A program made the position numbers and the translations under genes. DNA of 27,735 bases. Origin: a virus (taxonomy: Duplodnaviria; Caudoviricetes). Below the pieces are notes generated by a model. The model saw only the letters and a program-made list of their open reading frames with translations, had not been told where the DNA came from and ran no database searches. Shown piece after piece: positions 25,047-27,735 of the stretch (position 1 is its first letter; each line of letters opens with the position of its first letter). The stretch is from positions 1 through 27,735 of the IMG/VR virus record IMGVR_UViG_3300038674_000542; one strand, written 5' to 3'.

Positions 25047-25631
25047 ATGGAGGGTTTAATATCTAAGTATAATAGGGGTCGTAAGATTTCGAAGGGAGTA
25101 GTAGAGTATAGGCGTACTGGTAAGACTAAGAAGGAGAGGGAGCTTGGTAAAAAGCCTATTGGGGATGACAAGGAGGGTTTTATTTACTTGTATGTTATTT
25201 CAAAGGACACAAACTTCATTCCAAGAGTTCCTTTGGCTGGTTCGGTTGTTGAGATATTTTCAGATGATCAGAATTCCATAACTTACAAGCTTTTGGATTC
25301 AAATCCTTTGGCTTTGTGTTTTTTGGATATTGAGGAAGGAAAGAAGTATTTAGGTGATGGTTACAGTGTGGAGGTTTTGCGTACTCAGTTGGCTTCGGCG
25401 GGTGTTACTGATTCTGATTTAGAGTTAGTTTTTGATTGTGTTTCTGATAACAGCGTGCCAAGTTATTTTAATATTGTTGAGTTAACGTCTATCATACCGT
25501 CGGCTGGGTTTGACGGTTTTGTTTACACGTCACCTTTGGACAAGAAGGCTTTCACGTTGTGGGGTGGTGTTTCAAATTTGAGTGTTATATCTTACTCAAC
25601 TGATATGGGTAAGACGTGGATTGAGATTTGA
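25047..25631 (+). CDS. hypothetical protein; basic leader plus a weakly ADP-ribosyltransferase-like domain
   Basis: Basic 40-aa leader ending PIGDD; NPL and AGFDGFVY motifs. The ORF is solid, the function is weak. Confidence 0.55.
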   Translation: MEGLISKYNRGRKISKGVVEYRRTGKTKKERELGKKPIGDDKEGFIYLYVISKDTNFIPRVPLAGSVVEIFSDDQNSITYKLLDSNPLALCFLDIEEGKKYLGDGYSVEVLRTQLASAGVTDSDLELVFDCVSDNSVPSYFNIVELTSIIPSAGFDGFVYTSPLDKKAFTLWGGVSNLSVISYSTDMGKTWIEI

Positions 25632-25699
25632 TTTTAATATTACAATCGTATTAGTAAGTGCTTCGTATTTTTCGAGGCACTTATTTTATAATTATTAAT

Positions 25700-27535
25700 A
25701 TGAAGCACGATAATTTAGTTACTCAGTTGTGTTGTAACCCAGATTTCAAGTTGACTATTGGGGGTGTTGAGGTTACGTTGGATAATTGGAGAAGTTTTCC
25801 GGAGGATAAGATAATATCTTTATTGTCAAATGTATTGTCGGATGTTGTTAGTCAGCGTTGGTTTAATCCGATGGATTACATGGTAGGTTATTCGGAGTCT
25901 GGGCGTGTTTTCACGGAGGACACTAATGTTGTTTTGGGTAAGGCTCACTTGTTTCAGGCTTGTGCTGAGTTGTATGAGTTGTCTTGGTTTAGGAAGTTGT
26001 CGGAGACTTATGATGTTTTGGAGTTGAAGAAGGAGTTAAATTCTTATGTTTCAGACCCACGTGAGTTTGTGCCGTTTTTATATTCGGCTTCAAATTTGCA
26101 TTTGAGGTTTAATGAGACACAGTTTTACAGGGCTGTACCTTCAAAGGATAATCCTGATGGTAGGACTTTCAGGCCTTATGGAGGAAGGATTAGAAACTCG
26201 CTTCATTTTATGATGATGTCTGGGTTTGTGGATTTTGATGGGACTATTCCTTTGGTTGATTTTAGTGAGGACACTTTGTATGTTAACAAGATAAGAACTG
26301 TTTCCACGCATCAGATTTTAAGGTCTCCTGTTTTTGTTCAGGGAGTTTCAGATATTTCGAGGATGTTAAGTTCTTATGCTGTACCGGCTTTAAGTTTTTT
26401 GGATGATTCCAAGCCTGTAGTGAATAAGTTTGTTTATGATATTTTGCAGCGTTTAAATGTACATTGCGACCCATTTGGTTCGTTAGACAAGGCTGTTTTT
26501 AATGCGACAGGGCTTGTTTTAGGTGGTTTGGGGGATACTTATCTTTATTTGGGTACTTTCCTTCGGCAGAACCCTTATATTGCACCGTTGTTGCCCACTT
26601 TTGCGGGTTCTATTGAGCCGTTGTATCAGTGTAGGAGTTTAAAGACTAAATTAAAGGCGGGTTCTATTAGCACTTCGGAGGGCAGGACTGTAGGTCAGGC
26701 GTTGTCGATGGTGACTTCCAGTTCGGTGTCAGCTTCTGTTGGTAATGCGATGACTGAGCATTCTTTTTCGACTAAGAGTAAGGCTTTGTATTCATATTCT
26801 GCAAAGGATAGAGATGGTAAGGTTTTGTATACTTTGGCTTTGACACGTCAGGCTTTTTTGACTTTTAGTATTAATGATGCAACTGCACCGAAGGATTATT
26901 TGCCACCTTTGTTTTATTCATCAGGTGTTTTTTCTGTATTTGGTAATAGGAAGCATGATGATGAATTAATTATGAGGTTGACAGGAGGTTTGTCTGGTAA
27001 GTTGTGGTATGGTTTGTTTGCTGGTTGGGGTAATTCGGCGTTGTATGCGATGAAGAAGGGAGCTACTTATGTAGGAAATGATACAAACCCGCACGTAGTT
27101 AAGTACTTTAATGATGATATTTTACCTTTATTGATTCCAAGTGTGGTTCACCCGTTGCCAAAGCTTCGTTTGAAGGACTCAAAGATATTTGACAGTGAGT
27201 TTGAGGGCAAGGTTGATTTTATGTATGATTCACCTCCTTATTTTGATTTTGAGATGTATGAGGGTTTTGCAGAGCAGATAGAGGGTATAAGTTCATATCA
27301 GCAGTTTTTGTCTGATTTTATAAAGCCGATTTATTACAATGCATTTCGTTATTTGAAGTCAGGTAGTTATTGTGTTGTTCAGGTTGAGAGTGACACTTCT
27401 TTTCCAAATCAGAATTGGATTGATGCTATTTGTTCTGTTGGTTTTGTTTATAGGTTTACGCATTTGTTGGGTGGTGGTGAGAAGAGGACTGGAAGCAGGA
27501 CTTCTCAGCCTTTGCTTGTTTTTCAAAAATTGTAG
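25700..27535 (+). CDS. amino (N4-C or N6-A) DNA methyltransferase with a long unknown N-terminal region
   Basis: SAM-binding motif I LFAGWG...YVGND and motif IV YDSPPYFDFEMY in the last ~180 aa; ATG 25700 preferred to GTG 25658. Confidence 0.8.
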   Translation: MKHDNLVTQLCCNPDFKLTIGGVEVTLDNWRSFPEDKIISLLSNVLSDVVSQRWFNPMDYMVGYSESGRVFTEDTNVVLGKAHLFQACAELYELSWFRKLSETYDVLELKKELNSYVSDPREFVPFLYSASNLHLRFNETQFYRAVPSKDNPDGRTFRPYGGRIRNSLHFMMMSGFVDFDGTIPLVDFSEDTLYVNKIRTVSTHQILRSPVFVQGVSDISRMLSSYAVPALSFLDDSKPVVNKFVYDILQRLNVHCDPFGSLDKAVFNATGLVLGGLGDTYLYLGTFLRQNPYIAPLLPTFAGSIEPLYQCRSLKTKLKAGSISTSEGRTVGQALSMVTSSSVSASVGNAMTEHSFSTKSKALYSYSAKDRDGKVLYTLALTRQAFLTFSINDATAPKDYLPPLFYSSGVFSVFGNRKHDDELIMRLTGGLSGKLWYGLFAGWGNSALYAMKKGATYVGNDTNPHVVKYFNDDILPLLIPSVVHPLPKLRLKDSKIFDSEFEGKVDFMYDSPPYFDFEMYEGFAEQIEGISSYQQFLSDFIKPIYYNAFRYLKSGSYCVVQVESDTSFPNQNWIDAICSVGFVYRFTHLLGGGEKRTGSRTSQPLLVFQKL

Positions 27536-27539
27536 GATG

Positions 27540-27552
27540 GTATAATTTGAAA
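27540..27552 (+). promoter_or_regulatory. motif B copy: GTATAATTTGAAA
   Basis: Ends 17 nt before ATG 27570. Confidence 0.6.
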
Positions 27553-27569
27553 CATTAAAATTTTAATTT

Positions 27570-27735
27570 ATGGATGAGACTAAGAAAGATGTTTCTAAGG
27601 GTTCAGTAAATGAGACACAAAAGGAGCAGGTAGTGAATAAAAAATCAAAGGAGTTAGAAGAGACCAAGAAGGCTGTTGACAAGGCTGTTGACAAGGCTGT
27701 TGACAAGGCTGTTGACAAGGCTGTTGACAAGGCTG
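27570..27735 (+). CDS. 5' end of a charged hypothetical protein, truncated by the window edge
   Basis: MDETKKDVSKGSVNETQKEQVVNKKSKELEETK(KAVD)5KA..., open to the end of the window. Confidence 0.75.
   Translation, partial: MDETKKDVSKGSVNETQKEQVVNKKSKELEETKKAVDKAVDKAVDKAVDKAVDKA
27669..27735 (+). repeat. 12-bp perfect tandem repeat aaggctgttgac (KAVD), 5 full copies plus a partial
   Basis: Copies start at 27669, 27681, 27693, 27705, 27717; partial at 27729. Confidence 0.95.

Noticed and set aside
5507-26474. Other minus-strand and alternate-frame ORFs nested in long genes (e.g. 5507, 6061, 10360, 16558, 20070, 20203, 24683, 26283)
   Set aside because: Wholly or largely overlap well-supported + strand genes and have no recognisable motifs.
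1-27735. Stop-codon reassignment
   Set aside because: Genes are intact and densely packed under code 11; TAG, TAA and TGA all end genes right before the next ATG.

Overview
A 27.7-kb fragment of a large tailed dsDNA phage, probably a myovirus distantly related to T4-like phages. Every credible gene is on the + strand. In order, it holds: the end of a probable baseplate spike gene, small early-type ORFs, a T4 gp21-like prohead protease and a baseplate/tail module that includes a GT-A-like putative glycosyltransferase. A replication block follows (possible SSB, SF2 helicase, family A DNA polymerase, separate 5'-3' exonuclease, macrodomain-like protein, WYL_2-like protein, ATP-dependent ligase). 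The window then has a scaffold and a gp23-like major capsid protein, a DUF932-like gene, probable internal head proteins and a DNA methyltransferase. A-rich leaders without Shine-Dalgarno sites and several protein families suggest a Bacteroidota host (inference). Main findings: (1) a recurring [ILVM]-x-D|[S/A/D] motif across protease, scaffold, capsid and several orphan proteins, suggesting Asp-specific head maturation with a shared MDL[KR]E[FW] N-terminal tag; (2) a 59-nt tRNA-like RNA with no usable anticodon directly behind the protease gene; (3) a 115-bp structured element bounded by 17-bp inverted repeats; (4) three recurring intergenic promoter-like motifs that sort by gene class. Family assignments come from motif recognition by eye; no searches were run.
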